Assembly: GCF_009914755.1 (NCBI RefSeq)
Contig: NC_060926.1
Reading direction: 5' to 3' (one strand)
Length of the DNA: 64,000 nucleotides
DNA from: the human T2T-CHM13v2.0 reference genome, Homo sapiens
The number at the start of each line of letters is the position of its first letter. Position 1 is the stretch's first letter. The notes beneath the pieces are model-generated. The model was not told the DNA's origin. It saw only the letters and a list, made by a program, of their open reading frames with translations, and made no database searches. This document shows, piece after piece, positions 15,745 to 34,607 of the stretch. The translations under genes were made by a program, and so were the position numbers.

Positions 15745-17645
15745 TAAGTGAGACATTAAAATGCTGATTAAATGTTTTCTGTGTTTAGATCAGGCTGCTT
15801 GTCTGGAGCATGTTACTCTAGAAAGAAGACGCAGGGACTCCCAAAAGTAGGTTTTTTTTCTTCTCTTGGGCCAGTTTCCCCAGGGAAGAGACCTCAGTAT
15901 CATGCCTAAGGATATGTGTAGTGTCCTTAAGTCCAGAGCCTGTCTCGTTAATTTCTATAGCGCAGATTTTCCCAATCTTTTTGTTCTGGAGACTCCTTGG
16001 CATCGTTTCCATTTCTCAGGGAACCCAGGCATTTGTCACCAGGAAGTTGAGATATATTGCTCTAGTAATAATTTATGCTCTTTTGAGTACGAGTGGTTTC
16101 TCTATGAATCTGTTTATTTGACCATCTTATTAGCCTATTCATTTTGTATGGTTTTCCTCTCTCCCCTAAGGATATCATCATTATTGCAAGTGAGTAGTGA
16201 AGTAAAGGAAACTTTAGTTTTTCCTTCTAAAGAAATTCCTGTATGATTTTTTTTTACCTTGTTTAAGTGATAACAATAGTTTTATCCCCAGTTTTTAGTA
16301 TACAAGATGCTAATGAGATATTATGTGATCTAGGGTATGTACAAGAGGCACACCCCCAGCCAGCTTTTAAGACTAAACATGTTATTTTTAACTAACTTTT
16401 TTTGGGGGAAAATGTGCAGTTAAGCTTAGCTTACCTTTCTTGAAATTAATCTCTTCCCTTTTCTTAGATTTTTAAAAACTTATAAGGCAACCATAATGTT
16501 TTGATTAAATAATTTATATAAGACAAAATGGGATTTATTTTTTCTAAAGGTATATTTAATTTAAATGAACTTAGTAAAGTTATTTTTTACAATAGGAAAA
16601 TTTATAATGTTTATAGTAAAAGCTACTAAAACCATAAAGCAAGGCAATATAAAAAAATATAGCTTAACACAATTTTATCTGAGAGCTTCAAAAATTTCTT
16701 TTTCTGTAACAAGATCTGTGTCAAATATAGGTCTAGCAGAATTATTAATGTGTGGCGATTTCTTGGTCTCTATTCTAGACCTGTACATAAAAAGTGATAT
16801 TTTCAAAACTGAAAAAAACAGTTTATTTATTTAAACAAAACGTGTATATATATTTTTTTCTGTACAAATACTCAGTTCTGGGTTGAGCTTGAAATGAGCA
16901 CACCCAGATTTCATATTCAACTGAAATGAAACTTTCTTCTTTGATCTTGATGCTTGTTAAACAAGAAGAAGCTTGTTGATGCATATGAGAATTTGAAAAC
17001 TACAGCAAAATATTCATCGCTTACATGTGAATGACAAGACTTTATTCTTTCCATAGAAATCTAGAACTTATTTTGGGGCAGATGAGGAAATCTTGGGTGG
17101 AGCATAGGATCAGGCTGCAGCAAAGTTATCACCTAAACATCTGCTTCCAAAACAACTTGGTTGAAAACTTGTTTTTGCTCTTGCCTCTTTTCCCGTGTAT
17201 TGTTCTAGTGAGTTTATGTATTTTTATTCTGTTAGTATTATTTAATAGGAAGTATCTGACATTTTTTTGATTGAGGCTGGCATGTAGCAGTTGAGATGAA
17301 ATTAGTGCTAGTTTAACCCAAAAGAAATTTACTGACATTTTTCTTCTTCTTCATGAGCTAGTATAGGCTGCTGCTTGGAGTCTTCGCCCTCAAGGAACTA
17401 ACTCTGTAATTGTATGGTTTAATTTACCTACCAGAATGTGTCTCTCTTTCCTCTCCTCTCTCCCCTACTCCATTCTTTCTTTGCAGGCAATAATGTGCAC
17501 ATGATAAAAATTATAAATGGTAAGGAGAATACAGTCAGCAGTCTTCTTGCTGTTTGTCTCAGTTCATTCTTCTCAAGAGAAATCCAGTTGTTTCTTTGTA
17601 TAATTCCAGAGCTATTCTATGTATATTCAGATATATGCATATGTC

Positions 17646-18036
<391 letters not shown>

Positions 18037-18105
18037 TTATTTCATCAGGCTTTTATTTATAAACATTTAGATCATTTCTAGCCTTTTGCTGTTAAATGAT
18101 GCTAG

Positions 18106-18470
<365 letters not shown>

Positions 18471-18779
18471 GACAAATTCTTAGAAATAGAATTTTTTGGG
18501 TCAGAAGGGCGTGCATTTTTCTTTGTGTTGTCAGATATATTTTGGGAATTGATATCAGTTTGTACCTGAATTTCATGAACATTTTTTCCCCATCCTCCTT
18601 TGGATTATGTTTTATCATTTCATCTTACTATTATTTTTTGGAGTCCTTGCCCTCAAGGAGTAAACTCTTAATTGTACAGTTTAATCTACCTACCAGAATG
18701 TCTCCTTCCCTCTCTCTTTTCTGTCTTCCCTATCTTCACTATTGTTGCCTCTTTTTACTGTGTTCTAAAGTGGTTGTGC

Positions 18780-18830
18780 TAGAGCACTGCTGTCTAGTAG
18801 AACTTTGTGAATGATGGTGTGTTGTCTAAT
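18780..18830. mobile_element. MER3-like fragment
   Basis: CTAGAGCACTGCTGTCTAGTAGAACTTTGTGAATGATGG. Confidence 0.45.
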
Positions 18831-18954
18831 ATTTCATATGGTAGAACCTTACATATAATTCTGTTTCCTCCCACCCATCCTTTGTGATATAATTGTCAAA
18901 TACTTTGTTATTCATCAAATATTTTCTCTCTCTTATAAACTTTGTAATGCTTTG

Positions 18955-19491
<537 letters not shown>

Positions 19492-19891
19492 TCTAGCCAG
19501 TGTTTTAGAGCAATTAAAAATAGGAAGAAAGTCTTTTATATTTATCCTAATTTCTACTATTTTCAGCAGCCTTAATTTCTTTGTTTGAAAATAGGGTGGT
19601 TCTAGTTAGTGTGAATGAAAAAGGGTTTATTTAAAAAGTGAAGAATTGATAGGATTTGTTAACTGATTAGATTTGGTAGATGAAAGAGTGTAATGATGGC
19701 TGGGATTTGGAACCTACTTGGGTGGTCGGGTTAATAATGTTGCCAGTATTAACTTGTTTCATAAATGCTGTTAAAATTTTCTGTATTCATACAGAGTAGG
19801 CCATGGACTTTTGGAGCATAATGCACTAAAATTTTTAACCTTTAAAAGTAATAAAAATATGGAAAATTTGGACGATAAAGGAAAAGGCTCA

Positions 19892-20437
19892 TGTATTAGG
19901 GTTATCTAGAGGAACTGAACTAATAGGATAGATGTATATATAAAGGGGAGTTTATTAAGGAGTATTGACTCACGTGATCACAAGGTAAAGTCCCACAATA
20001 GGCTGTCTGCAATCTGGGGAGCAAGGAAGCCAGTCCGAGTCCCAAAACCTTAAAAGTAGGGAAGCCGACAGTGCAGCCTTCAGTCTGTGGCAAAGGCCTG
20101 AGAGCGCCTGGCAATCCACTGGTGTAAATCCAAGAGTCCAAAAGCTGAAGAAACTGGAGTGAGATGTTTAAGGGCAGAAAGCATCCAGCACGGGAGAAAG
20201 ATGAAGGCCGGAAGACTCAGCAAGTCCGCTCTTCCAAGATCTTCTCCTGCCTGCTTTATTCTAGCCGCACTGGCAGCTGATTAGATGGTGCCCACCCTGA
20301 TTGAGGGTGGGTCTGCCTCTCCCAATCCGCTGACTCAAATATTAATCTCCTTTGGCAACACCCTCACAAACAAACCCGGGAACAATACTTTGCATCCTTC
20401 AATACAGTCAAGTTGACACTCAATAATAACCGTCACA
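19892..20437 (-). mobile_element. Solo LTR, MLT2A (HERV-L; probably MLT2A2)
   Basis: TG...CA ends, 546 bp, 5-bp TSD GCTCA (19887-19891 and 20438-20442), typical MLT2A sequence. Confidence 0.88.
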
Positions 20438-20478
20438 GCTCATGATTATTTTTGGATGTTCCCTTCTAATTTGCCATT

Positions 20479-21134
<656 letters not shown>

Positions 21135-21212
21135 TAATGGGCTATATTTAGTAGTGTCTGGGAAAACCATTTAATTATATTTTCCTATTGTGCATGTATG
21201 TTGGTATTTCTA

Positions 21213-21815
<603 letters not shown>

Positions 21816-22400
21816 CTGTTTATGTTATTTTAGAACCCGTGCTCACTTTGTGCAGAGCAGGATGTTGAGAACACATCCTTGACCTTATGGACTTTAGAAT
21901 TTAAGAAAGAGATAATTCAGATTTTTGCAGTATTCAGGGGTTAACAGTACAAAGAAGAACATATGTAGTATTACCGAAAAGAGTAGTACTTCATGACAAA
22001 AGCCTGATATGGCCGTATGTGGCTCTATCTTGAGTCAGAATGCTTTGTGTGCAGTCAGGAATTGTTGGGTGATTGGTAGAGTAGAGATCTTTCACTTCTA
22101 TAGAAAGCAGATGCCATTAATGCTATCCCTAAGAATTCTTGGAAGGTCTACTCCTGGAAATTAATTTAATGTCATGGGAATGCTCCTGTTCTACTTCAGG
22201 GATGTTATATCTCAATTGTATAGGGAAGATTGAGGACCCACACCTTTGGACATTCTCTCTAGCAGTTAAACTTTTTTACCCGTAAATCTCAGTAACCTGC
22301 AGTCCAGAAAGGGAGAACTTGCAAGATTTAAGTGAGACTCAATACAAATTTTGTCAAATGAATAAATGGCTTCCTGTTAAAAAATAAAAAAAACAAAACA

Positions 22401-22751
<351 letters not shown>

Positions 22752-22774
22752 TCATCTTTTAAAAAGTATTTAAC

Positions 22775-22920
22775 TTTTGTTTTGTTTTGTTTTGTTTTGT
22801 TTTAAGAGACAGGGTCTCGCTATGTTGCTTAGGCTGGTCTGGAACTCCAGGCCTCAAGCAATCCTCCTGCCTCAGCCTCCAGAGTTGCTGGGATTACAGG
22901 CATGAACATTTGTGCCTGAC
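22775..22920 (-). mobile_element. Alu left monomer (FLAM)
   Basis: Single-arm Alu with (TTTTG)n tail. Confidence 0.85.
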
Positions 22921-22966
22921 ATTTATCTTTTGTGTATTCGTTCTCTATTAGTTTGGAAGCTTTGAG

Positions 22967-23048
22967 TATCACTGGATTTTGTCTGTCTTGAAAACTATTT
23001 TCTTGTCTATCACTGGATTTTGTCTGTCTTGAAAACTATTTTCTTGTC
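22967..23048. repeat. Perfect 41-bp tandem duplication
   Basis: TATCACTGGATTTTGTCTGTCTTGAAAACTATTTTCTTGTC x2. Confidence 0.92.
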
Positions 23049-23314
23049 TTTTAATCAATTTCCCTGATAATTGAGAGTTTGAGAAATTCACACGTTAATT
23101 GAACCTTAGAAATCCTCATAATGTGTTCATTTGTTAACCCGTTTTTCTTCATTTACTTGAATGTATTATATCCTCTTGGCAATTAAAGTGCGGCAAACAC
23201 CAAAAAAGATTTTTTTTTGCCCTAATCATTTATTACTATGGTGACTGAAAAGAAATGATTTTTCTGTCACTAATGAAATGGTCTTCCAGGTTCTCTCTTG
23301 CATTTCAAGTATGC

Positions 23315-23400
23315 TACTATTCAACCTTTTCTGTGCATGTATATAAGCATTTGTCCGTACTATTCAACCTTTTCTGTGCATGTATATAAGCGTTTGTCAG
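23315..23400. repeat. 43-bp tandem duplication
   Basis: TACTATTCAACCTTTTCTGTGCATGTATATAAGCRTTTGTCMG x2. Confidence 0.92.
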
Positions 23401-23469
23401 GACAGAGGTAGACTCGTGATTGCCAAAATTTCCCCAGTGAAATCATCTTGGCCTGGAGGGGGTGCGGGA

Positions 23470-23476
23470 AGAGAGT

Positions 23477-23520
<44 letters not shown>

Positions 23521-23546
23521 GAGTGTGTGTGTGTGTTTGTGTGTGT
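23470..23546. repeat. (GA)n(GT)n compound microsatellite (copy)
   Basis: Read directly. Confidence 0.9.
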
Positions 23547-25120
23547 TGAAGACTTACTAACTTGATTCTGATTGAAAAGAAAGACAGTAATATTAAATTT
23601 TATTGGCCAAATTTTTTTATTTATAATATTTACTTTAAGAACACTTACTGAGATATAAAATATATCCAGAAAAGTCTACCTCAAAAAAAAAAAATCTCAG
23701 AGTTGCTGGGATTTCAGGCATGAGCCACCATGCCTGACATTTGTCTTTTGTGTATTTGTTCTCTATCTGTTTGGAGGCTCTGGGTTATCACTGGATTTTT
23801 GCCTATCTTGAGCACTATTTTCTTGTCTTGTAGTTAAACTTTGTTTATGAAGGTTGTACTGATAGCCCACTATTGAGTAGTTTTAATGTCTTCAATAATC
23901 CTGGAAATCTTCCCATTGGAAATTTTTTTTAATACTGGAAAATTGTGTATTTCTAGTAATTATATTATGTTGATTCATATACACATTGTCTGATACTCTT
24001 CTGTATCGATTAATAGTATACACATCTTACTGCATTTCAGGCTGTGTACAGTAAGAGGTAATAGAACAGTTTCCCCTTTGTAATCTTTTTTTTTTTTTTG
24101 CCCATATTGGAGTCAGACTTGCATCATACTGTATTTTTAAAAAGATTTGAAATGTGACCAATTTGTTAATAAGTCTGAACCCTCAAATAGGCGGCAAGAA
24201 AATATGGTATAATGTGTTGTTATAAATAAGATTGAATACTCTGTCAAATTTATAAACTTCTAGTGGGCATTTATTTCTTTTTCTCTTTACAAATTACTCT
24301 AGTAAAAACACCTTTATAAGTGTCTATTTGGGGCTGCTATGAGTATACGTTTATATATATATATATTCTCTTTAGAAAAAATGTGCCCCAAAACAAAACA
24401 GAAAAAGAAAAAGAAATGTCCCCAGGATTAAGATTATTTGTTAAGTTTTAAATAATTTAATGCTTTTTCTGGAGTAGATGTGGTTTTAAGAAGGAAAAAT
24501 TATTTGGTTCCTATAGTTTTACTTTTTTCAGAATGTCATATGAATGAGTTGTAGCATTTTCTAGCTTCATTCACTTAGCATAGTGCATTTGAGATTCATT
24601 CATGTTATTGCATGTTTCAGTAGTCCATTTCTTTTTATTGCTGAGTAGTGTTGCATTATATGAATGTACGACACTTTGTTTATGCATTATTAGTTGAAGG
24701 GTATTGGGGAGTTTGTAGTTTTGGGTGATTATGAATAAAGGTGCTATAAACATTTGTATACAGGTTTTTTTGGTGAACCTTGTTTTTGTTTTCTTTGTTA
24801 AAAACCTAAGATTGGGGTTTCTGGGTCATACAGTAAGTGTATGTTTATAAGAAACTGCCAGTTTTCCAGTGTCTTTGGCTAATATTTTGTTGAGGATTTT
24901 TACATTTATATTCATGAGGTATATTGGTTTGTAGTGTTCTGTTCTTATAATGCCTTTGCTTGGTTTAGGTATTGGGGGAAAGTTGGCTTTATAAAATGAG
25001 TTGAGAAGTGTTCCCTTCCTTATCTGTTTTTAGAAGAGGTTATGTAGCATTGATAGTATCTCTTCCTTGACTGCCAAAATTTCCCCAGTGAAATCATCTT
25101 GGCCTGGAGTGGGTGCAGGA

Positions 25121-25126
25121 AGAGAG

Positions 25127-25198
<72 letters not shown>

Positions 25199-25217
25199 TG
25201 TGTGTGTGTGTGTGTGT
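25121..25217. repeat. (GA)n(GT)n compound microsatellite
   Basis: Read directly. Confidence 0.95.
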
Positions 25218-25219
25218 TG

Positions 25220-25322
25220 AAGACTAGTTTAGTGTGGTAATGAGAAGGGGAGAAAGAGTAGAACAGGGAGTTTGATCTGTAAGACAGTGAACAATCAATT
25301 GGGAGAACTCACTACCTTTGGA
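25220..25322 (-). pseudogene. Y1 RNA (RNY1) retropseudogene
   Basis: Reverse complement follows hY1 (…TCCGAAGGTAGTGAGTTATCTCAATTGATTGTTCAC…TGTTCTACTCTTTCCCCCCTTCTCAC…GACTAGTCTT) with multiple substitutions. Lacks the 5' GGCTGG and is embedded in L1M. Confidence 0.9.
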
Positions 25323-26402
25323 ATGTTTTTGTTAGAAAAATTTTAACTATAAATTCAGCTTATTTAATAGATACAGGACTATTAGGTTATCTCTTTTTTG
25401 AGGAATGAGCTTTGGTAGATTGTGTCTTTCAAGGAATTGGTTTATTTGTGGACATGCAGTTGTGGTATTTCATTATTCATCTGTGGAGTTTGTAGTGGTG
25501 GCATCCTTTCGGTCATTCCTGATTTGAATATTTGTATATTTTCTCTTTGTTTGGTCAGAATGGCTAGAGAGGTTTATTATTTTTATAGGTCTTGTCAAAG
25601 AACCAGCTTTTAGTTTCATTTACTTTCTTTGTTATTTTTTCATTTCATTCATCTCTGCTCTCGTCTTTATTTTCTTCCTCCTACTTGCTTTTGGTTTAGT
25701 TTGCTCATTTTCTGGTTTCTCAGATGGAAGCTTACATTACTGATTTGAAATCTTCTTTTTCTAATAGAAACATTTAATGCCATACATTTTTCTCTAAGCA
25801 GTTGTTTAGCTGCATGTCACAAAGTTTGATATGTATTTTCATTTTAATTCAGTTCCAGGTATTTTCTAGTTTTCCTTGAGGCTTGTTCTTTGACCCACAG
25901 ATTACTTAGAAGGGTTTTATTCAGTTTTTAAATATTTTGGGATTTTTCCAGATAGCTTTCTTGTATTGATTTTTAAATTTGATTTCATATCAGAGAGCAT
26001 ACCTTATTTTATTTCTTTTCTTCTAAATTTGTTGAGGTTTATGTCCCAGGATATGATCTACTTTGATAAATGTTTCACATGCCCTTGTGTATTGTGCTGT
26101 TGTTGGGTAGAGTGTTCTATAAATGTCACTTAGGTCAGATTGATTGATAGTGGTTTTCAGGTCTTACATATCTTTGCTGATTTTCTATTTGTTTTATCAG
26201 TTGCTCAGAAAGGAGTGTTGAATCTCCAAATATAGTGGAATTTTCTATTTCTTCTTTCAGTTGTTGCTTCATATATTTTGAAGCTTTAAAAAAAAGTCCA
26301 TAAACATTTAGAATTGTTATATATTTTTTGGTGAATTGACCATTTTACTGTATAATTTCCCTCTATCCCTGGTAATTTTTCTTGTTCTTAAGTCTACTCT
26401 GA

Positions 26403-26817
<415 letters not shown>

Positions 26818-26926
26818 TAGGTCTTGTGTTTTTTAAATCTAGTCTGATGATCTTGTATGTTAATTGTTCTGTTGAGACCATTTACAGTTGTTGACATTAT
26901 TGATATATTTGGATATAGGTGTGCTG

Positions 26927-27214
26927 TTTTTTTTTGGAGACAGGGTCTTGCTCTGTTGCCCATGCTGGAATGCAGTGGCACAATTATGGCTACGGTGGTA
27001 GCCTTGACTTCCCAGGCTCAGGTGATCTTCAAACCTTGGCTTCCTGAGTAGCTGAGATTATAGGCGCATGCCACCTCACCTGGCTAATTTAAAATTTTTT
27101 TAGAGATGGGTTTCACTGTGTTGCCTAAGCTGGTCTCGACCTCGTAGGCAAGTGATCCTCCTGCCTTGGCCTCTCAAAGTACTGGGATTATAGGTGTAAG
27201 CCACCTCACCTGGC
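26927..27214 (-). mobile_element. AluJ
   Basis: Alu consensus. Confidence 0.88.
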
Positions 27215-27738
27215 CCCTTCTGCTTTTTGTTCCATAATCTCCCTTTTCCTACCTTTCAGATTGCTTGACTGTTGTCTTAGTAATTCATTTAATTTATGTA
27301 TTTTTTTTGACTCTTTGTATGTTTTGTTTTGTTTTTGGTGGCTGCTATGGGGATTACAATATACATACCTAACTTTATATTTTACTTAGAGTTAATACTT
27401 TACTGCTTCAGGTGAAATGCAGAAATCACACAATCTATGTTTCTTTAGCCTCTTTACATTACAGTGATTCTATATGTTACATCTTTAAACATTGAAAACC
27501 ACATACTCAGCATTATAATTTTTGCTTTCAACAGTCATACCTATTTTAATGAATTTAAGGGGAGAAAAATGTTTTATGTACAAGTATATTTATTACTTCA
27601 TTTGCACTTCCTTTATTCCTGAAGTTAGTTTCCCTTTGGTATCATTTTCCTTCTGCTTGAAGATCTACATTTAGCATTTGTTTTAGAACAGGTCTGCTGC
27701 TGATGAATTATCTCAGTTTTCCTTCACCTAAGAATATC

Positions 27739-28064
<326 letters not shown>

Positions 28065-28405
28065 TAGATGTAGAATCCTGGGTTTATTGTTTTACTCTTT
28101 TAGCTCTTCAAAAATGTAGTTTGTTGTCTTCTGTGCTTTCTGATGAGACATCTATAATCACTGGAATCATTGTTTCTTTGTATGTAATGTGTTGTTTTTC
28201 ACTGGCTCCTTTAGGAGTTTTTTTCTTTAATCTTTGATTTTTTTAGTAGTTTGATTATTTATGGGCATACATTTATCCTGTTCGTGTTCACTTAATTATT
28301 TATGTTTCTCATGAAATTTGGAAGGTTTTGTTTTGTCAAATATTTTTTTTCTGCTCCAGTTTTTTTCTTTTGTTCTTCTGGGACTTCACTGACATAACTT
28401 TTTGA

Positions 28406-29350
<945 letters not shown>

Positions 29351-30829
29351 ACCACCGTGCTCATTTTTTCCCCCACCTTTTTTTCACTCTTGTTCAGACT
29401 GGATAATTTCTGTTGATCTATTTTTAGGCTTACTGTTTCTTTCTTCTGTCACATTCTGTTATTCAGTCCATTCAGTAATTTTTATTTTAGTTTTTTTAAT
29501 CTAAAATTTTCATTTAGTTCTTTTTTATAGTTTCAATTTCTGTATGAAAATGTTTATCTTTTCATTAATTTCATGTGTATTTGCCCTTACTTCAGAAAGC
29601 ATGATTATAATAGCTGCTTAATTTTTGACAATTCCAAAATCTGAGCCATCTTAGGGTTGGTGTCTCCTGCTTGTTTGTACATTTTGAATATTTTACTTGA
29701 GACTCTGAGTCCTATTTAAGGCACCTGGAAATGTTGAGTTTTTTCTTTTAGCAGGCAATCAGACTGGTTGGATTCATACTCCAAGTGTCATCTTACCTTC
29801 AGTGGGCTGTGGTTCTAATGTCAATTTACTTTTCACAGTCTTTGCAGTACTATTTGGGTCTGTCTTTTGTGTATGTACCTCCCAGGAGTCAGTTTGGGAC
29901 CTGAGTGGTGGTCGGTATCTATATCTTAATTTAGGTCTGAAGATCTGTGTTATACTATTTTGGGTCAGTTCATACATGCACAGCCTTTAGGTGTGCCTGG
30001 AACTTCATACATGGATTTAGGAGTGTTCCTTTTTCAGCTCCCTGTTCTCCATGATTTATTTTCACACTCTGTTTCCCAGGAGATCTTGTCCTCATTCTCT
30101 GATGACAAAGCCAGGATTTTTAACCTCTCCACACTATCATGAACTTCCTACAACTGGATATGCCTCTAGACCAAGATGGTGACAGAGAGGAAGAAATAAC
30201 CTGGTTTCTCTCTGCACTGTTCCAGTTACAGAGCCTCAGTTCCTCTGGTCAGAGGGAAGGATTCTCTCAGTTTTAGGTGCCTTTGTGGTCACTGCCGAAG
30301 CCATAGGAGTGCAGTTTTGTGACCAGTACTTGACTTGGGCTAGGGCCAGAAGAGTAAAAAAGAGAGAAAAAGAGCTGGGATTCCACCCATAGCCTTCATC
30401 CTGCAGGGCCCTCCTACCTAGTCCATTGGCCACAAAGAAAGTGTTTCTCCTGGACTTTTTCCTGCCCACTCCTACTGTGCAGTTCTAAGATTTGGGATGC
30501 CCTTGAATCTAATCCAGGACATATGGGAGGGGGAAAAACTCAGTGAATCACTTCCCTATCAGCTCTTCTAGTTTTTGTTTTGTTCCCAAATCTAGCTGCC
30601 ATTATTTACTTTTTTGAATCCTCGGAGGACTCCATATATGCTGTCCGGGTTTTTAGTGATAATTGGTGCTAGAGATAGAAGTGTGTTAGTTCATCTTAGC
30701 CAGAACTGTAGGCATTTCCCACCCTTACTCCATCAACTTTTAATTTCAGATGCGTATTTGAAAGTCTGAGTACAGTATGAGAAATAGTAAAACTGTAAAA
30801 ATAGGAAAACAATTATAGTAAAACTGTTA

Positions 30830-31020
30830 ACTGTTACTGAGTACCTTCTATATTCCAACTATAATGCTAAGTGTTTTGAATATGTAATGTAATTCTTAAA
30901 CTGCCTTTATAAAGTAGGTATATTACCATTTTAATATTGAGGTTAATTATTTGTGGTCAGATAGCTATTAAGTGGTGTAATGAGTGTATAAACCTGGGCC
31001 TTTACAGACTCCAGAGTCGC
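30830..31020. mobile_element. MIR
   Basis: TTACTGAGTACCTTCTATATTCCAA…GACTCCAGAG. Confidence 0.5.
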
Positions 31021-31065
31021 TCATCCACTTGCTGAGTCAGCTAACATTAAAAAATTATATTTTTA

Positions 31066-32433
<1,368 letters not shown>

Positions 32434-33009
32434 CTATTTTTAGCTTCAGAATAATGAAGCGTTAGAAGCACTCTTTTTAAAATTATACATTCATAGTTTT
32501 ATAACCTGCTCTTTCCACTTAAAATATTGGCAACAATTTCCATATCAATAGGTACACTTCTACAACATTTTAATTGCTATGTAGTATTCCATTGTGTGGA
32601 TCTTCCACATTTATTATTGGGTAGTCTTTTGCTGTTATAAACAGTGCACAGAACGTTAATTTCCATTTGGTACTAGGTTGAGTTCCATTGTGGTTTGAAT
32701 GTGATTGCAGAAATTGAACTTTTGAATTCTGACTGTGCACTTGTGCTGAAGATATTATGCTATGTGACTCAGCTGTGGGTAACTCTATAGTTAGTGAACT
32801 TTATTATAGGAAATAGTGTTATTGTGCTACATTTATATATAGAGAGTTTTACTGGTTTTTATTGAAAAGCGTGTATCTTTTTATTTAATGGCGAACATTA
32901 CTTAATATGTTATAATCTTCTCTGAAATAATAGTATGTGTTTTATACATTTAGTACTTTGCTGGATTAAATTCATTACATCATTCACATTCGATATTCAG
33001 TCACATTAA

Positions 33010-33320
<311 letters not shown>

Positions 33321-33864
33321 TAAGCTTTTTATATACCAGATTTTGTTCAAAGGCTGCAGACCAAACCTTTCATTTTTGTTAACTGTCCTGTAAAGTATAC
33401 TGATACAAGGTCTATGAGGTTAAAATATGTGGATGACACAGTGCAAACTCATTATTTCCAAAAAAAAGCATGTTGAACCACAGTTCCTATCAGTGAATCT
33501 AGAAAACTATTTTTATATGCAAATAATACATTCCAGTTCATTTATATACTTCTGTGCATTTTCACAAATAATAACTAATTATCCCATGATATCCCTCTTT
33601 AAGGGTGAGTGTCATTAGCTCCTGATGATTTGAGTACATTTAATTAGATATCTTTTCTGAAGTTATATTTAACTGAAAGAATATATTGACTCCAGAGGTT
33701 TTAAGCTGTTCTTTTCACTGCCATTTGTGTATATGGTAGGAAAAATGATAAAAATATTTGAAAGAATTAGCTTGGCAACATAGTAGAATAGCCTGGAATG
33801 TCTGAGAACTGCTCAGTGATTTGTGTGGCTAATAGTGCTAGGTAGAAGGCTTAGATTAGTCTTA

Positions 33865-34210
33865 GAATTGGCACAAGACGAGAATGAGACAACTGAGGCA
33901 TTGGCCCTGGATACATGTTTTTGGTGTCTGCCAGAAAGCTTGGTAATTGAGATAAATAATATTTAAATAAAATGCTTCAAAATAAAAATTAATTTAACAC
34001 AATTCAAAGAACTAATTATGAAAATTTTAAAGATAGGGTCCAACAGGGCAAAGATTAAGAGTCATGCAAGTACATGATTGAGTCCTGTTTAAAATTTTGA
34101 TAGTTCGTTATCATGCATGACTTACCTTGAGTAATTTATCTATCTAGTAAGTTATTTTGCCCTCAGAACACGTGCCTCATTTGCCTTACCGTAGTAGTTT
34201 TGGCCTCGCT
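33865..34210. mobile_element. hAT element (MER96B-like)
   Basis: Inverted termini TGAGACAACTGAGGCA … TGCCTCATTTGCCTTAC. Confidence 0.4.
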
Positions 34211-34607
34211 TATAAGAAGTCAGTCTGAAGGAATTACGGGTTTCTCTGTGGGTCAGTGTATTAGTTTTCTATTGATATGTGATAGATTGCCCCAAATATA
34301 GCAGCTTAAAACAATATCCGTTTATTATTTCACAGTTCTGTAGGTTGAAAGTTGGGGCGGGGAGGAGGCTCCACTGTGTTTTCTGCTCAGGGTCTCAAAA
34401 GCCAATATCAAGATCAAGCTGGGTTTGGCTTTTATCTGGAGACTTTGGTGGGGAAGAAGGTGCTTCCAAACTCATTCATGGAGTTGACAGAATCCAGTTC
34501 CTTGAGGTGATAGGACTGAGATGACTGCATTGTCGTGGACTGTTAGCTTTAGGGGTCACTCTCAGCTCTGAGGCGGCTCTCATATCTTTTCCACATGACC
34601 CTCTCAA

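Noticed and set aside
22967-23400. CRISPR-like repeat array
   Set aside because: These are two unrelated two-unit tandem duplications with no spacers, in a human intron.
25220-25322. Functional Y RNA gene
   Set aside because: 5'-truncated, mutated and embedded in L1, with no recognisable upstream Pol III type-3 promoter.
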